DNA of 64,000 bases from Acidobacteriota bacterium (GCA_965217775.1 CBDCJH010000002.1:3904001-3968000), one strand, 5' to 3'. Shown: positions 38,700-48,919, numbered from the stretch's first letter. The notes: a model not told the origin generated them from the letters alone. Numbers and translations: made by a program.

Positions 38700-40052
38700 T
38701 CACTCCGAACTTCCGGTGCGTCTTACCAGCTCCTCCACCTTTTCCACGATGATCTCTTCCACCGGCGCCCGGAAGGGGCCTGATTGCCCGTAGCCGACCA
38801 TGGCGCCTGCACCTTCGTAGCCGCCCTCCTTGAGCACCCTCAGGGAGGGAATGTAAGCGAAGACCTCGTTGGAATAGCCGGCGACCCAGACCGTGTCCCA
38901 TCCGTGGGCCTCCCTGAGCCGCAGGGAGTAGTCGACGACCACCTCGCCCGCCAGGTGAATCAGGGTGAGGTCCTCCCCGAACTGCCAGACCTGAATCGGG
39001 TACGGATAGCTGTCCGGCAGCCTCCCCTCCCTCTCGATTCTCTCCAGCAGGAACCGGGCGTGACGCTGGCGGCTTCCCGTCTCCCGCCGGACCCGGGCTT
39101 CCAGCTCTAAGCGCGAAGGCGGCTTGCTGAAGGGGATCGCCACCCGCTCGAAGGCGGTGGTGAGAGGACCCCCGACCGGAGCCATCTCCCCGTCCAGCAC
39201 CAGGTCCACGGCAAATGCCAGAATCCGGCCGTAGCTCCTGGCCAGATCCACCGATCTTCGGGGGAGGGGGTTGGCGTCGGCTCCGCAGCCGGTGACGAAC
39301 AGGGCGGTGGTGCCCGGATGCTTTTCCTGCAGGGATTCCTGAGCAAATCCGGGCCAGTCTCCATTGATCTGGTAGCCGGACAGGACCGTGGCATGGCAGG
39401 CGTATCCGAAGACCACGGCCCGCAACTCGCCGTCGGCTCCGTGCACGGCCAGGACCGGGACGTCGTGGTCCACCGGACCGGGCAGATGCCGCTTCCCGGT
39501 CCGGACACGGCGGCGATTGACGGCAAACCCCGCCGACCCCTGTCCGAAAGTGAGCCGAGCCGGCGAGAGCTGCTCCACGGACTGGCCGATCACCTTCACG
39601 ATCTCGTCCAGGACCCAACTGGTGTAACGGCGGACGACTCGAACGTGCTCCCGTTCCATGGGGTATGCCGGCCGAAGTACGTCCCCGGCGACGGGGCCGC
39701 TGTGAGTGTGGGAGAAGTTGAGGCCGACCCGGTCCCGGCTCAGCCCGAATTCCTGCCAGGCCCGGTCCGCGATCTGGTCCGAGAGGCGGCGGCTGAGTCC
39801 CAGCAGATCGATGGTCACCAGGACGGTCACCGCCCCGGTCTCGTCCTCCAGGGCCAGAGCCTTGGCGTGAATTTCCTGCAAGACCTCCCCCGAAGGCCGT
39901 TCCCGGGACCCATAGCCCGCCAGCCAAATGGGTTCTTTGGGCGTGATCGGCACACTGGCCACTCCCGCTTTCCACCCCGATTGCCCCTGACCGGCAGCGG
40001 TCTCAACAACCAACAGAAACAATACAATCGTCCAGGGCGAGACTCTTTTCAT
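38700..40052 (-). CDS. Neutral/alkaline ceramidase N-terminal-domain family protein
   Basis: Signal peptide; KAGVA..ITP...LAGY, SHTHSGP, YACH.T, GDWPG, GCGAD.NP, EGGYE. Confidence 0.8.
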   Translation of the reverse strand: MKRVSPWTIVLFLLVVETAAGQGQSGWKAGVASVPITPKEPIWLAGYGSRERPSGEVLQEIHAKALALEDETGAVTVLVTIDLLGLSRRLSDQIADRAWQEFGLSRDRVGLNFSHTHSGPVAGDVLRPAYPMEREHVRVVRRYTSWVLDEIVKVIGQSVEQLSPARLTFGQGSAGFAVNRRRVRTGKRHLPGPVDHDVPVLAVHGADGELRAVVFGYACHATVLSGYQINGDWPGFAQESLQEKHPGTTALFVTGCGADANPLPRRSVDLARSYGRILAFAVDLVLDGEMAPVGGPLTTAFERVAIPFSKPPSRLELEARVRRETGSRQRHARFLLERIEREGRLPDSYPYPIQVWQFGEDLTLIHLAGEVVVDYSLRLREAHGWDTVWVAGYSNEVFAYIPSLRVLKEGGYEGAGAMVGYGQSGPFRAPVEEIIVEKVEELVRRTGSSE

Positions 40053-40059
40053 GACCTCC

Positions 40060-41007
40060 TCACTCCTGTTCTTCGGTCAGGATTTCGTCCGCGAACCGGC
40101 GGACTGCGTCCAGGGTCTCCCGGGTGCTCGGAGCGTCCACCGAGAGGACCAGGTAGTCGAGTCCCGCTTCCCGATAGCGGCGGACGTCGTCGCGGACTTG
40201 CGCGGCGGTGCCGGTCAGGTGGAGCCGTTCTCCGTTGCCGTCGTAACGGGCATCTCCCAGGACCAGCGTGTGTCTCAGAGTGACGCCCACGGTCCGCGGG
40301 TCCCGTCCCTCCGCGCGGCAGATTCGATCCAGATCCTGGCGGGCCGTCCCGACTTGGCGGGGAGAGAGCCGAATACCGTGCCAGGCGTCGCCCAGCCGGA
40401 CGCTCCGGCGCAGGGCGAAGCGGGAATTCCCTCCCACCCAGATGGGAGGATGCGGCTGCTGCACCGGCCGCGGGAAGAAGACCATTCCCGAGGTGCGGAA
40501 GTGCTCTCCCCGGTACTCCGGGACCTCTTGGGCGCACGCGGCCTTGAAGATCTCGATGTGCTCGTCGGTAAGCGCGCCCCGCTTCCGGTAGGGCGCCCCC
40601 ATGGAGGCGAATTCTTCCGGCATCCAACCGACGCCCACGCCGTAGATCACCCGCCCTCCGGAGAGGACGTCCAAGGTGGTGATCATCTTGGCGTTCAAGA
40701 GGGGATTCCGGAAAGGAAGGACCAGGACGCTGACGCCCAGGCGCAACCGGCGGGTGGACCCTCCCACGAAGCTGAGGGTGGCCAGGGACTCCAGGACATT
40801 CTGTGCCTCGGGACTGGCCTTGCCGGGACCGAACTGGCCCGGGTAGCGCCGCACCAGATCCGCGGGGAAGAGAGTCCGGTCGCTGACCCAGACCGAGTCG
40901 AATCCGGCGCCTTCGATGGCCTCGGTCATCCTCAGGACGTAATCGGCCTGAGCTCCGGCGGTGACTGCCGGTGTGACCGAAGTGGTCGCGGCGACTCCGA
41001 ACTTCAT
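40060..41007 (-). CDS. LLM class (luciferase-like, F420-dependent-type) oxidoreductase
   Basis: GFDSVWVSD, T.RLRLG.SVLVLP.RNP, LDVLSGGR...GVGVGW..EEF, HPPIWVGG. Confidence 0.9.
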   Translation of the reverse strand: MKFGVAATTSVTPAVTAGAQADYVLRMTEAIEGAGFDSVWVSDRTLFPADLVRRYPGQFGPGKASPEAQNVLESLATLSFVGGSTRRLRLGVSVLVLPFRNPLLNAKMITTLDVLSGGRVIYGVGVGWMPEEFASMGAPYRKRGALTDEHIEIFKAACAQEVPEYRGEHFRTSGMVFFPRPVQQPHPPIWVGGNSRFALRRSVRLGDAWHGIRLSPRQVGTARQDLDRICRAEGRDPRTVGVTLRHTLVLGDARYDGNGERLHLTGTAAQVRDDVRRYREAGLDYLVLSVDAPSTRETLDAVRRFADEILTEEQE

Positions 41008-41102
41008 GCCTTTCCTGCGCCCTCCGCCCGGGAATCTTATCACCCCGGTGAAGGAGCGGTGATAGACTTCGGTGAAGCCGCAACGAGCATTTCGCGGAGT
41101 AC

Positions 41103-42569
41103 TTGAACATGTATTCTCGAATGACAGTCCTGCTGACCGTTTTGATCTTCGTCGCTTCCGGCTCTTCTATCCTCGGAAGCTCACACGCAGACGGTGTGGA
41201 GATCGGCAACCGGAAGCAGCTTTTCATCGACGACCACGTGGTGGAGTCCACCCAGGGCGTCACCCGACGGTTGAACCGGCTGGAACGTCATCCCGGCAAT
41301 CCGGTTCTGGTGGGTGACCGTCCCTGGGAACGATGGATGATCTCACCCAATGGGAGGGCCGTTCTCTTCGATCGGGAGAACGGCGAATTCAAGATGTGGT
41401 ACATGGCCTCCCACCCGGAAGAGGGGGCGCCGGGCGGGTTTCGGTACAAGGTGGGTTACGCCGTGTCCCAGGACGGTATCGAGTGGGAAAAACCGAATCT
41501 GGGACAGGTGGACTGGGAGGGTTCGCGCGACAACAATCTCATTCCCCGGGGCGTCAACTGGATGCGGCGGGCCAATGTCATCAAGGACCTCCGAGACCCG
41601 GACCCCCAGCGCCGGTTCAAGATGACCTACGTGGACGTGTTCGACGGAGGGGCGGCCATCACCAAGGGCTATTCTTCCGACGGTGTCCACTGGAGGCTCA
41701 ACGGCGACGGGAAGCCCTGGTTCCGGCGGCCCCACAACGGCAACCTGTTGGGTTGGGATCCGCGCATCGAGCGCTACGTCTTCTACGTGCGGATGCGCGC
41801 CGCACAGAATACGGTGGGGCGGGCCGTCAGCCCGGACTTCGTCACCTGGTCGGAACCCGAGACGGTGATGGCTCCCGGACCGGCGGAACCCGACCTCCAC
41901 TTCAAGGGACTGGCCGCGTTCCTTTACGAGGACCTCTACCTGGGCTGGCTCTGGGTCTTCGAAAGAGGGGCAAAGGAGTTCGTCGCGGCTGCGGCCGAGT
42001 TGGCCGTGAGCCGGGACGGGATCCACTGGAACCGGCCCTTTCCCGGGTCCTTCGTTCTGGAGCGTGGGGAGGATCCGGCCTGGGACAGCCGGCTCAGCAT
42101 CCCGGTGGCTCCCGTGGTGCACGACCAGCGGATCTGGTGCTATTACTGGGGCGAGAACATGCCCTACACCGTGGACGCCATCCGGAAGGTGAAGGACGGC
42201 TGGGTCCAGGACGGGCAGCGGATACAGAGGGCCACCGGTCTGGCCACCTTGCGGTTGGACGGATTCGTGGCGCTCTCGGCGAAGGGAGAAGGATCGGTCA
42301 CCACGAAGCTTCTCGAGACTCCCGGCGGCCGACTGACGGTCAATGCCCGGGTTGGGGGCGAACTTCGAGCGGAGGTCCTGGACGAGAACGGTCAGGCGAT
42401 CCCCGGATACGAGGTTCAACAGTCCAGGCCGGTTCGGGGAGACTCATTGCATCACGTACTGACCTGGGGGAGCGGATCGGAACTGGTTCCTCGCCGGAAG
42501 GTGGGACTTCGGATTCGATTCCACTTGCGGGATACGGACCTGTACGCCATTCAGGTCAGAGCCGATTGA
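41103..42569 (+). CDS. Secreted five-bladed beta-propeller glycosidase-like protein
   Basis: Signal peptide; QLFIDD, NPVL..DRPWE, YAVS.DG..W.KP.LG, LAVSRDG, LRLDGF, DLY terminus. Confidence 0.65.
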   Translation: MNMYSRMTVLLTVLIFVASGSSILGSSHADGVEIGNRKQLFIDDHVVESTQGVTRRLNRLERHPGNPVLVGDRPWERWMISPNGRAVLFDRENGEFKMWYMASHPEEGAPGGFRYKVGYAVSQDGIEWEKPNLGQVDWEGSRDNNLIPRGVNWMRRANVIKDLRDPDPQRRFKMTYVDVFDGGAAITKGYSSDGVHWRLNGDGKPWFRRPHNGNLLGWDPRIERYVFYVRMRAAQNTVGRAVSPDFVTWSEPETVMAPGPAEPDLHFKGLAAFLYEDLYLGWLWVFERGAKEFVAAAAELAVSRDGIHWNRPFPGSFVLERGEDPAWDSRLSIPVAPVVHDQRIWCYYWGENMPYTVDAIRKVKDGWVQDGQRIQRATGLATLRLDGFVALSAKGEGSVTTKLLETPGGRLTVNARVGGELRAEVLDENGQAIPGYEVQQSRPVRGDSLHHVLTWGSGSELVPRRKVGLRIRFHLRDTDLYAIQVRAD

Positions 42570-42627
42570 CGATATCGACGGGCGTTCAAGAGAGTCCACC
42601 TAGAATTCAGAATCCTCCGAAATTCCC

Positions 42628-44484
42628 ATGCTCTGGCTTCCCTTCGCTCTGCTCGCCCTCCTGACCCCTCCCCAGGAGAAAGAACCGCCCACCGAGGAAA
42701 AGCCGAAGGGTTCTCACGAGACCGTCGTCGTCACGGCCAGCCGGCAAGAGCAGCCTCTGCTCGAGAGCACGGCTCTGGTCACCGTCCTGTCGCGGGACGA
42801 CCTCCGCCGGTCGCCGGCGCTGGTCCTGGACGATGCTCTGCGCCAGATCCCCGGGTTCAGCCTCTTTCGGCGCAGCAGCAGCATGATCTCCCATCCGACG
42901 ACCCAGGGAGTCTCGTTGCGGGGCATCGGACCCTCCGGAACCAGCCGCACTCTGGTCCTGTTCGACGGCATTCCCTGGAACGATCCTTTCGGCGGCTGGG
43001 TCTACTGGAACCGGATCCCCCGCACCGCCCTGGAGAGCGTGGAGGTGGTTCGGGGCGCCACCAGTCCTCTGTACGGGAGTACCGCGTTGGGAGGGACCAT
43101 TCAGCTTCGTACGGCCCGCGACCAGCGCCACCTGGACGTCCGGGGCGTGCTGGGGAGTCACAAGTACGCCGACCTGGATCTCGCCGCTTCCGATCAAGTG
43201 GGAGACTGGGGGTATCTGGCCTCAGCGCGGGTCCTTGATACCGACGGCTTCTTCATCGTCGACGAGGCGCTCCGGGGAGAGGTGGACACGCCGGCCAACA
43301 GCCGGTTCGAGACCTTCTTCGGCCGGGTCTCCTACAAGAGGTTCCACGTCGGCGTCAACACGTTTCGGGAACGGCGCAGCAACGGGACACAACTCCAGCA
43401 GAACGACTCCCGGATCGCTCTCCTGGAGACGGGGATTCAGGGCGATTCCTGGCAGGGCCGTTTCTACGTCCAGTCGGGCCTTTTCAAGAATACCTTCTCC
43501 CGGGTCCTGAGTGGCCGTTCCCGGGAATTCGTGACCGCCCGGCAGGAGTTCCCCACGCTGGGGACTGGAGGGTCACTGACCTGGAACCCGCGGGGACAAC
43601 TGCTGCTTGGAACCGATTGGAGACGAGTCAGTTGGCAGGACCGGGTGCAGAATCTGGCCGGCCTCTTTGTCCAGCAGACCGTGCCCATCCATACCCGGCT
43701 GGACTTGCAGCTCGGCGCACGGACGGACTGGTGGCAGGGCCGCACCACCGAGACTTCCCTGAATCCTCGCTTGGGCATCCTGTTGCGGAGCGCCCAGTGG
43801 TTGACCCTGCGCAGTTCGGCGTACCGCGGATTCCGGGCTCCCACGCTGAATGAGCTCTATCGCCCCTTCCGGGTGGGCAACGTCATCACCGCCGAGAACC
43901 CGGATCTGGGCGAGGAGCACCTGTGGGGGGGAGAGCTGGGAGCCGACCTCCATCCGTCAGACTCCGTGCTGTTCCGGATCAACGGCTTCTGGAATTCGCT
44001 TCGGGATCCGGTGGGGAATGCCACCGTCTCCGTGGGCCCCCAGTTCATCCAGCGCCAGCGGCAGAATCTGGGGCAGGTTCGGGTCCGGGGCCTGGAGCTG
44101 GAGACGGGCCTGCAGGGAGACCTTCCCTGGAGCCTGCGGATGGGATACCTCTACTCGCAGACCGATGTTCGGGAGACGGGCTTGAGGCTGCCGCAGGTCC
44201 CCCGCCATCAGTTCACGGCGGAGATCCGTTACGACGGGCCGTTCACGGCGGCGTTACAGGGACGGTGGATCGGGGACCAGTTCGAGGACGATCGCAACAC
44301 CATGGTCCTGGAGCGGTTCTTTCTACTGGGCGCCAGCGTCCGAAAACCGCTGGGCGAATCGCTGGAGATCTTTCTGTCTGTGGAGAATCTGCTGGACCAG
44401 GACTACGTGGTCCGGCTGACGCCGCTGCCCTCGCTGGGCATCCCCCGCCTCGTTTACGGCGGCGTCCAACTTCGGCTGAGGTAA
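42628..44484 (+). CDS. TonB-dependent receptor
   Basis: TonB box ETVVVTA; plug region VSLRG...LVLFDGIP.ND, VEVVRGATSPLYG; RGFRAPTLNELY; ENLLD.DY. Confidence 0.9.
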   Translation: MLWLPFALLALLTPPQEKEPPTEEKPKGSHETVVVTASRQEQPLLESTALVTVLSRDDLRRSPALVLDDALRQIPGFSLFRRSSSMISHPTTQGVSLRGIGPSGTSRTLVLFDGIPWNDPFGGWVYWNRIPRTALESVEVVRGATSPLYGSTALGGTIQLRTARDQRHLDVRGVLGSHKYADLDLAASDQVGDWGYLASARVLDTDGFFIVDEALRGEVDTPANSRFETFFGRVSYKRFHVGVNTFRERRSNGTQLQQNDSRIALLETGIQGDSWQGRFYVQSGLFKNTFSRVLSGRSREFVTARQEFPTLGTGGSLTWNPRGQLLLGTDWRRVSWQDRVQNLAGLFVQQTVPIHTRLDLQLGARTDWWQGRTTETSLNPRLGILLRSAQWLTLRSSAYRGFRAPTLNELYRPFRVGNVITAENPDLGEEHLWGGELGADLHPSDSVLFRINGFWNSLRDPVGNATVSVGPQFIQRQRQNLGQVRVRGLELETGLQGDLPWSLRMGYLYSQTDVRETGLRLPQVPRHQFTAEIRYDGPFTAALQGRWIGDQFEDDRNTMVLERFFLLGASVRKPLGESLEIFLSVENLLDQDYVVRLTPLPSLGIPRLVYGGVQLRLR

Positions 44485-44539
44485 TGAGTCGCTTCTCGGG
44501 CCGGTCATAAGTATGGCAAGCGAACTCTGAGGAGGGGTC

Positions 44540-44950
44540 ATGAGCAAGGAGACTTATTCCCCTTGGGATAGCGCTGAGCTTCTCGATAACAGCCCGTGGT
44601 GAAAGTCCCGCGAGCACCGAGACCGTTCCTGCGCCCGCCGGACAAGGCGCGATTCGGGTGCATACCGGGAGTATGTGCCCGAATCGCAACGCCGTCCGCC
44701 GGGATGCAGGGACGGTCGAATGCCGTGATGACTTTTGCCACGGGCTGTTAAAGCACTTGGCAATGTTGCTCGCGCCAACGGCATGACATTGATTGCTGCG
44801 AAGACCAAATTGGCTCGACAAAGCTTGTACAAAGCTCTGTCGGGTGAACGCGACCCCCGGATCGGAACTGTGATGAAGGTCCTTGGCGCACTTGGCGTGC
44901 AACTGTCCGTCACACCCAAACTGCGTCCTGGTACGGATGTGACGACGTAA
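44540..44950 (+). pseudogene. Addiction-module antidote (HTH) antitoxin disrupted by a MITE
   Basis: MSKETYSPWDSAELLDN | insertion | KALGNVARANGM...LARQSLYKALSG..DP.IGTVMKVL.ALG; the upstream toxin is absent. Confidence 0.7.
44590..44747. mobile_element. 158-bp hairpin MITE with terminal inverted repeats
   Basis: CAGCCCGTGGTGAAAGTC ... GACTTTTGCCACGGGCTG (16/18 inverted match); internal palindrome GCGATTCGGGTGCATAC-CGGGA-GTATGTGCCCGAATCGC. Confidence 0.75.
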
Positions 44951-44995
44951 TTCCTTGATCTCGAACTATTGTGCATATTGACGAAGAATATTTGG

Positions 44996-45257
44996 TAGGG
45001 GCGCCCCTTGTGGGTCCAAAGCGGAGCAAGACGGCACCAGACGAAGAGGCGGCGGCGGCAAGGCCACCGCTACGGCGAAGAAATTTTGGTTCCGGCTATG
45101 CCGGGTTAGGGATGTGGCGGGTCGCCCGTTCCTGGGTGTTTCGTTGGGAGTTCGGCGACCGGAAAGCGTAAAGTGGGGACTCCGTCCCCCCTGCCCCCCT
45201 AATCGGCGGCAAGAAAGCCGCCGCTCCCGTTCGGCGACAAGAAAGTCGCCGCTCCAG
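44996..45257. repeat. Cluster of REP-like palindromes
   Basis: GTAGGGGCGCCCCTTGTGG...GCAAGGCCACCGCTAC; two tandem GGCG(G/A)C-AAGAAA-G(C/T)CGCCGCTCC units; GGGAGTTCGGCGACCGGAAA matches the 50.4-kb family in reverse. Confidence 0.6.
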
Positions 45258-45266
45258 GCGTCGCTC

Positions 45267-46685
45267 CTAGCCGTCCAGGTGGACGACGACCATCTTGGAC
45301 TCGGTCATCTCTTCCACGGCGTAACGGGGGCCTTCCTTGCCCATGCCGCTGTCCTTGAGGCCTCCGTAGGGCATGAGGTCGGCCCTCCACTGGGTGCCCC
45401 AGTTGATGTGCAGGTTGCCGCTATCCACTTCCTGGGCGAATTTCAGGGCCCGGTCGATATCCTGAGTGAAGATGGCCGCCGAGAGGCCGTAGCGAGTGTC
45501 GTTGGCCATGGCGATGGCCTGGTCGATGTCGTCGAAGCGATTCACGGCCACGGCGGGACCGAAGAGCTCATCGCAACTGATCCGCATGGCCGGGTCCACG
45601 TCGGCCAGGATGGCCGGTTCCACCAGGGCCCCGTTGCGGGCTCCCCCGGTGAGCAGGCGGGCTCCGCCGTTCGCGGCTTCCTGAATCCAGTTGGACACGC
45701 GGATGGCGTCCGATTCCCGCACCAGCGGCCCCATGGTGGTCCCTTCCTGGAGCTGATCTCCGATGCGAATCCCCTCGACGCCGGTCTTGAGGCGGTCCAG
45801 GAAATCGTCGTAGATCCGGTCCGCGGCCAGCACCCGCTGCGCCGAGATGCAGACCTGTCCCGCGTTGGCGAATCCGGTGGCCACCGTGGCCGCGGCCACC
45901 TTGTCCAGATCGGCGTCGTCCATCACCAACAGCGGGGCGTTGGACCCCAGTTCCATGGTGACCTTTTTCATTCCGGCCACTCGGCAGATATGGTCCCCCA
46001 CTTCGTAGCTGCCGGTGAAGCTGATCTTGCGGACTCGAGGATCGCCCGAGAGAAAGTCGCCCACCTCGCTGCCGGGACCGGTCAGGCAGGACAGGGCCTG
46101 GGGCGGGGTCCCCGCCTCCAGCAGAATCTCCACTAGCTTGAGCGCCGACAGGGGCGTGTCGGTGGCCGGTTTGACCACCACGGCGTTGCCGCCGGCCAGT
46201 GCGGGTCCGACCTTGTGGCAGACCAGGTGCAACGGAAAGTTGAAGGGAGTGATGGCCGCCACCACGCCGCACGGCACCCGCAGGGTGAACCCCAGCCGTC
46301 CGGCGCACCCCGGCGCCGCGTCCAGGGGGAGCACCTCGCCGGTGATCCTCTTGGCCTCTTCTCCCGAGAGCCGGATGATCTCGGCCGCCCGTACCGCTTC
46401 GATCCGGGCTTCCGCCAGGATCTTGCCCTCTTCGGAACTGATGGTCCGGGCCAGATCCTCGGAACGCTCCTCCATGAGGTCCGCCGCCTTGGTGAGGATT
46501 CGCGACCGGTCGTAAGCCGGCATCTTCCGCATCACGCGGGCCCCCTCGACGGCGCCGGCCAAGGCTGCGTCCACGTCGGCGGGCCCGGCCTTGGGTACGG
46601 TGTCCACCACCGAGTCGTCGTAAGGATTCCTGACTTCGATCAGTTGGGGCGTCTCGGTCCATTCACCTTGTACGAACATTCTCAT
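45267..46685 (-). CDS. Aldehyde dehydrogenase
   Basis: ITPFNFP, KPA..TP, FTGS, MELGSN, NAGQVCIS, ELFGP, PYGGLKDSG.GKEG. Confidence 0.93.
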   Translation of the reverse strand: MRMFVQGEWTETPQLIEVRNPYDDSVVDTVPKAGPADVDAALAGAVEGARVMRKMPAYDRSRILTKAADLMEERSEDLARTISSEEGKILAEARIEAVRAAEIIRLSGEEAKRITGEVLPLDAAPGCAGRLGFTLRVPCGVVAAITPFNFPLHLVCHKVGPALAGGNAVVVKPATDTPLSALKLVEILLEAGTPPQALSCLTGPGSEVGDFLSGDPRVRKISFTGSYEVGDHICRVAGMKKVTMELGSNAPLLVMDDADLDKVAAATVATGFANAGQVCISAQRVLAADRIYDDFLDRLKTGVEGIRIGDQLQEGTTMGPLVRESDAIRVSNWIQEAANGGARLLTGGARNGALVEPAILADVDPAMRISCDELFGPAVAVNRFDDIDQAIAMANDTRYGLSAAIFTQDIDRALKFAQEVDSGNLHINWGTQWRADLMPYGGLKDSGMGKEGPRYAVEEMTESKMVVVHLDG

Positions 46686-46774
46686 GACTTTTTCTCCTTA
46701 CCGGTCCGTTTCAAAATCTCGGCGCCAGAACACCCGGCCGGCGCCTGGCGAGACGTTCACCGTTGGCGGTCGCA

Positions 46775-48241
46775 CTATCGAAAGCGGAGGGAGTAGAGAT
46801 CCGCGTCCCGCATCACGATTCGCAGCCGAACCGGCTTGCCGGCGATCCGGTTCAAGGTATCCCGAATTGCCTTGGGGTGACCCCGGTCCCAACTGACCGT
46901 GTGCTCGACCTCGTCTCCAAAGATCAGGGGCGAGTCCTCCAGCGCGAACCCGGGAACCGGATGGCCATGGAGGTCCTGGACCTCGATCCGGATGCTCCCT
47001 GCGGCCGACGTGGAAAAGTTCAAGATCAGGTCGTTTCCCTCGAAGATGAAGGGCTTGGTCACCATCTCCCCACCCTTGTAGTCGGCCCGGAGAGAGGCGA
47101 ACCCATCCATGCGCACCGTCATACGCTCCAGGTGGGCGCTGGGTGACGTGTAGTTTCGGGCCACGTAAAGGGAGATCTCGTCGTCGCCCGTGGGGACGAC
47201 GCCGGAAGAGACCATGTTGGTCCGATGAACCCAGTTCTTGGGGTCCCGGCCCGGCCGAATGAAGGCCTGTCCGAACCGCCGGTTCCAGTGCATGCCGTCA
47301 CGGCTGGTCATGAACACGCCGTCGGAGACCCCGGCCCCCGGCGCGTTGTCGTGGTACGTCCTCCAGGGAACGAAGCGCTTGGGAAAGGCCAGATAGATCT
47401 GGGGAGCCCGGAAGTAGGGCTGGGTGGCGTTGGTGTAGAAGTGCTCCCGCGGCGCCCCTCCGTAGTCGGCCCACTCCCCCTTGGTCCAGTGAATGAAATC
47501 CTCGGAAGTGGCGCATTTGACGGTGCGGACCCCGTCCCTGAAATCCCGGTAGATGGCCACGTAAAGCCCCCGAACCGGATCCCAGAAGGGAACGTTCAAC
47601 GAATCGAAGGCCCCGTCGCTGATGACCGGATCTTCCTGGATCTTGGTCCAACGGATGCCGTCGGGCGAAGCCAGAGCCAGCAGCGGTCCGCCTGCCAGCG
47701 CCTTGTACTGCTGGGAAGGATCCGCTTCCGGGTTGCCGTCCTTGAAGGGAGCAAAGTTGTGCCCGCCCCTGCCGGACCAGACGATGTTGTTGTCCTTGGA
47801 GCTCTCGAACTCGATGAGACCCAGTGATGGACGGGTCCAGGTGATGCCGTCCTTGCTTTCGACGTAGCAGGAGACCTCCTCGTGCTCCGGGATCACCGTC
47901 TCGCCGGGAGCCACAAATTTGGGGAAGGTATAACCGGCGTGACTGCTGCCGCGATAGTACATGCGGTAGAGGTCCCCGTCCTTGAAGACGGTGTGGTAGA
48001 GCGACGTGGTCCCCTCCCAGGGTTTGTCGAACTTGAGCACGATCCCCGCCGGCCGGGGCTCCTGAAGCTGGAGCCGCACTCCCTTCATGGAATCGATGAG
48101 GTAATCGTCGACGAAGAGCTCCAAGCTGGAGCCGAGATCCAGAGGTTTCAGCTTCTGACCGTGGCTGGAGGCACGGGAGTCAACCGAAACCAGCGTGAGT
48201 AGGACCAGCAAGCCGATGGATGTTGGAAATCGCCCTTTCAT
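46775..48241 (-). CDS. Secreted five-bladed beta-propeller glycosidase-like protein
   Basis: ELFVDD, DKPWEG, ES.DG.TW.RP.LG, FDS.NV.FWD, SRDG, RMDGF, DLYS; homologous to 41103-42569. Confidence 0.65.
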   Translation of the reverse strand: MKGRFPTSIGLLVLLTLVSVDSRASSHGQKLKPLDLGSSLELFVDDYLIDSMKGVRLQLQEPRPAGIVLKFDKPWEGTTSLYHTVFKDGDLYRMYYRGSSHAGYTFPKFVAPGETVIPEHEEVSCYVESKDGITWTRPSLGLIEFESSKDNNIVWSGRGGHNFAPFKDGNPEADPSQQYKALAGGPLLALASPDGIRWTKIQEDPVISDGAFDSLNVPFWDPVRGLYVAIYRDFRDGVRTVKCATSEDFIHWTKGEWADYGGAPREHFYTNATQPYFRAPQIYLAFPKRFVPWRTYHDNAPGAGVSDGVFMTSRDGMHWNRRFGQAFIRPGRDPKNWVHRTNMVSSGVVPTGDDEISLYVARNYTSPSAHLERMTVRMDGFASLRADYKGGEMVTKPFIFEGNDLILNFSTSAAGSIRIEVQDLHGHPVPGFALEDSPLIFGDEVEHTVSWDRGHPKAIRDTLNRIAGKPVRLRIVMRDADLYSLRFR

Positions 48242-48367
48242 CTACTCCTCCTGTACGTCGTTTTTGGGACGCCGACCCGAAGCATACGACCTAGACCATC
48301 GCGAGAAAAGGGAAACGAGGAAAGTGGCGTGAGAGAAGAGGGATCAGGGCGGCTCCGCCCGGGAGGG

Positions 48368-48802
48368 CTACCCGCCCGGACCGTCCGCGCTGAAGTAGGC
48401 TTCCAGGGAATTCAGCTGATCCGCCAGCTCCTCGATGTGATGTTGAAGCAGATTGCGAACCGACAACAGCCCTGTGACGCGATCCTCCGAGTTCACTACC
48501 GGCAGGTGCCGGATGTGGCGGGAGACCATGAGCTCCAAGGCCTCTCCCGCTTCCGCCTCCTCCCCAACCGTCTGGACGGCCGTCGTCATGACCTCACGGA
48601 CGGTTGTGGCTTCGGGATCCAGCCGAGGAACGACGACTCTCAGCATGACGTCCCGTTCGGAGAAGATCCCGACCAGTTCGTCCCCCTCCAGGACGGCGGC
48701 GGCTCCGATTCTGGCATTCCGCATGGACATGGCGGCCGAGAGCACCGTCGAGTCGACTGCCACACTTGGCGGCGGCACTTGCGCTAACTTGATCACCTTC
48801 AT
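48368..48802 (-). CDS. CBS-domain protein
   Basis: LVGIFSERD, VREVMT, IRHLPVV, GLLSVR. Confidence 0.9.
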   Translation of the reverse strand: MKVIKLAQVPPPSVAVDSTVLSAAMSMRNARIGAAAVLEGDELVGIFSERDVMLRVVVPRLDPEATTVREVMTTAVQTVGEEAEAGEALELMVSRHIRHLPVVNSEDRVTGLLSVRNLLQHHIEELADQLNSLEAYFSADGPGG

Positions 48803-48919
48803 TCCAACATCTCTCCAAACCTTAATAAATCAAGGCGGGAATGGATCGAGTATAACACAGCGTTTGCTGGAAGAGCCCCGGAATCGAGCGTCGAAGACAA
48901 GCCGGAAATGGTCGGACGG

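Noticed and set aside
38629-39975. N-terminal extension making a 1286-aa cytochrome ORF
   Set aside because: It overlaps the ceramidase-like gene in another frame; the RBS, GTG start and lipoprotein signal lie at 38628.
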